From: Candidatus Micrarchaeota archaeon
GTDB lineage: Archaea; Micrarchaeota; Micrarchaeia; Anstonellales; Bilamarchaeaceae
Assembly: GCA_014727925.1 (NCBI GenBank)
Contig: WJMN01000027.1
Location: forward strand, 1 to 46,074
Direction of reading: 5' to 3'
Length of the DNA stretch: 46,074 nucleotides
A model generated the notes under the pieces. The model saw nothing but the letters and a program-made list of their open reading frames with translations, had not been told where the DNA came from and made no database searches. Each line of letters opens with the position of its first letter. The first letter of the stretch is position 1. The translations under genes were made by a program, and so were the position numbers. Below, piece after piece: positions 45,483-46,074 of this stretch.

Positions 45483-45827
45483 TCATTTGTACCGCAATAT
45501 CAGGTTCTTCAGGCCGCTCCTCATCATGCGGGGGTGGTGATTGCTGGAGATGTAGACGAGATTCCCGTTTCCTGACATCACAACTTCGCTCAAATCGGTA
45601 TCTTCATCTACATAAACTACATTGTAGGAGCCGGAAACAACCAGCACAAGGCTCTTGTTGCTGCTTACATTGTATTCCTGCTCCACACCCCCCACCATGA
45701 TTGTTTCGTATTCCGGATTGTCCTCAGCCCCCACAGTAAGCGCATGCACAGTGGTTGCATCGCTCTGTGAAGAGCATCCTGCAAAAAGCAGCAGCACAAC
45801 CCCAAGGGCCCACACTTCCCAATCCAT
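45483..45827 (-). CDS. Putative lipoprotein with beta-repeat (DUF3060-like) domain
   Basis: Lipobox LFAGC; repeats VSGSYNVV, MSGNGNLV, RSGLKNLI. Confidence 0.65.
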   Translation of the reverse strand: MDWEVWALGVVLLLFAGCSSQSDATTVHALTVGAEDNPEYETIMVGGVEQEYNVSSNKSLVLVVSGSYNVVYVDEDTDLSEVVMSGNGNLVYISSNHHPRMMRSGLKNLILRYK

Positions 45828-45879
45828 AGCTGAATATTGCACTTCTGCCTTTTAATCCTTTCTTCCCCTCTTTTTCTTT

Positions 45880-45954
45880 ATGGAAAAACCCGAATCCCTC
45901 CTCCAGCTCCGGTCCCTGAAAAATATTGGCCCAAACTGTTGCTTCAAAAATTAA
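45880..45954 (+). pseudogene. Possible truncated HhH (TfoX-C/Cdd1-like) gene remnant
   Basis: MEKPESLLQLRSLKNIGPNCCFKN*; the L..L.NIGP motif is followed by an early stop. Confidence 0.4.
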
Positions 45955-45981
45955 TCTTCTAGCACCAAAATCAGGAAACCG

Positions 45982-46026
45982 GAATCGTGAACTTAGTTCA
46001 CGAGAAGAACCCGAAGGTTTCTCAGA
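45982..46026. repeat. Dispersed double-hairpin palindromic element, copy 2
   Basis: gaaTCGTGAACttaGTTCACGAgaagaacCCgaaGGtttctcaga, followed by a further hairpin CCCG-aaa-CGGG. Confidence 0.85.
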
Positions 46027-46055
46027 ACCCGAAACGGGAGACCAAAATAAATTAA

Positions 46056-46074
46056 TGGGCCCAAGGGGATTTGA
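46056..46074 (-). tRNA. 3' end of a tRNA gene (identity outside the window)
   Basis: Reverse complement TCAAAT CCCCT TGGGCCC A reads as T-loop, T-stem 3' strand, acceptor 3' strand and discriminator. Confidence 0.8.

Noticed and set aside
32368-46026. Palindromic repeat interpreted as a CRISPR repeat
   Set aside because: There are only two isolated copies 13.6 kb apart, with no spacer array and no cas genes.

Overview
This is a gene-dense archaeal chromosome segment, most likely from a DPANN archaeon of the Micrarchaeota. That placement is inferred from a three-unit epsilon-type tRNA splicing endonuclease, a T-loop-intron tRNA and archaeal housekeeping genes. Housekeeping content includes deoxyhypusine synthase, the HMG-CoA synthase/thiolase/DUF35 mevalonate operon, Pus10, pyrG/E/F, a DRG GTPase, aCPSF1, proteasome beta, SRP54, GGR with ferredoxin, GGGP synthase, inositol-1-phosphate synthase, RNases HI and HII, AlaX, NnrD and TldD. 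The most unusual items are: (1) two RelA/SpoT-homologue genes about 15.5 kb apart, one with intact HD hydrolase motifs and one with a degenerate HD domain plus a divergent synthetase domain, both with basic N-terminal tails; (2) a 45-bp triloop double-hairpin element present twice, about 13.6 kb apart, with a compensatory base change; (3) tRNA-Arg(CCT) with a 32-nt bulge-helix-bulge intron at position 59/60 and a long structured upstream hairpin; (4) a serK-serC-serA serine operon; (5) a frameshifted tandem lipoprotein paralog; (6) a HEAT-plus-SSB-like OB fusion. No CRISPR array, transposase or integrase was seen. All calls come from motif recognition by eye; no searches were run.
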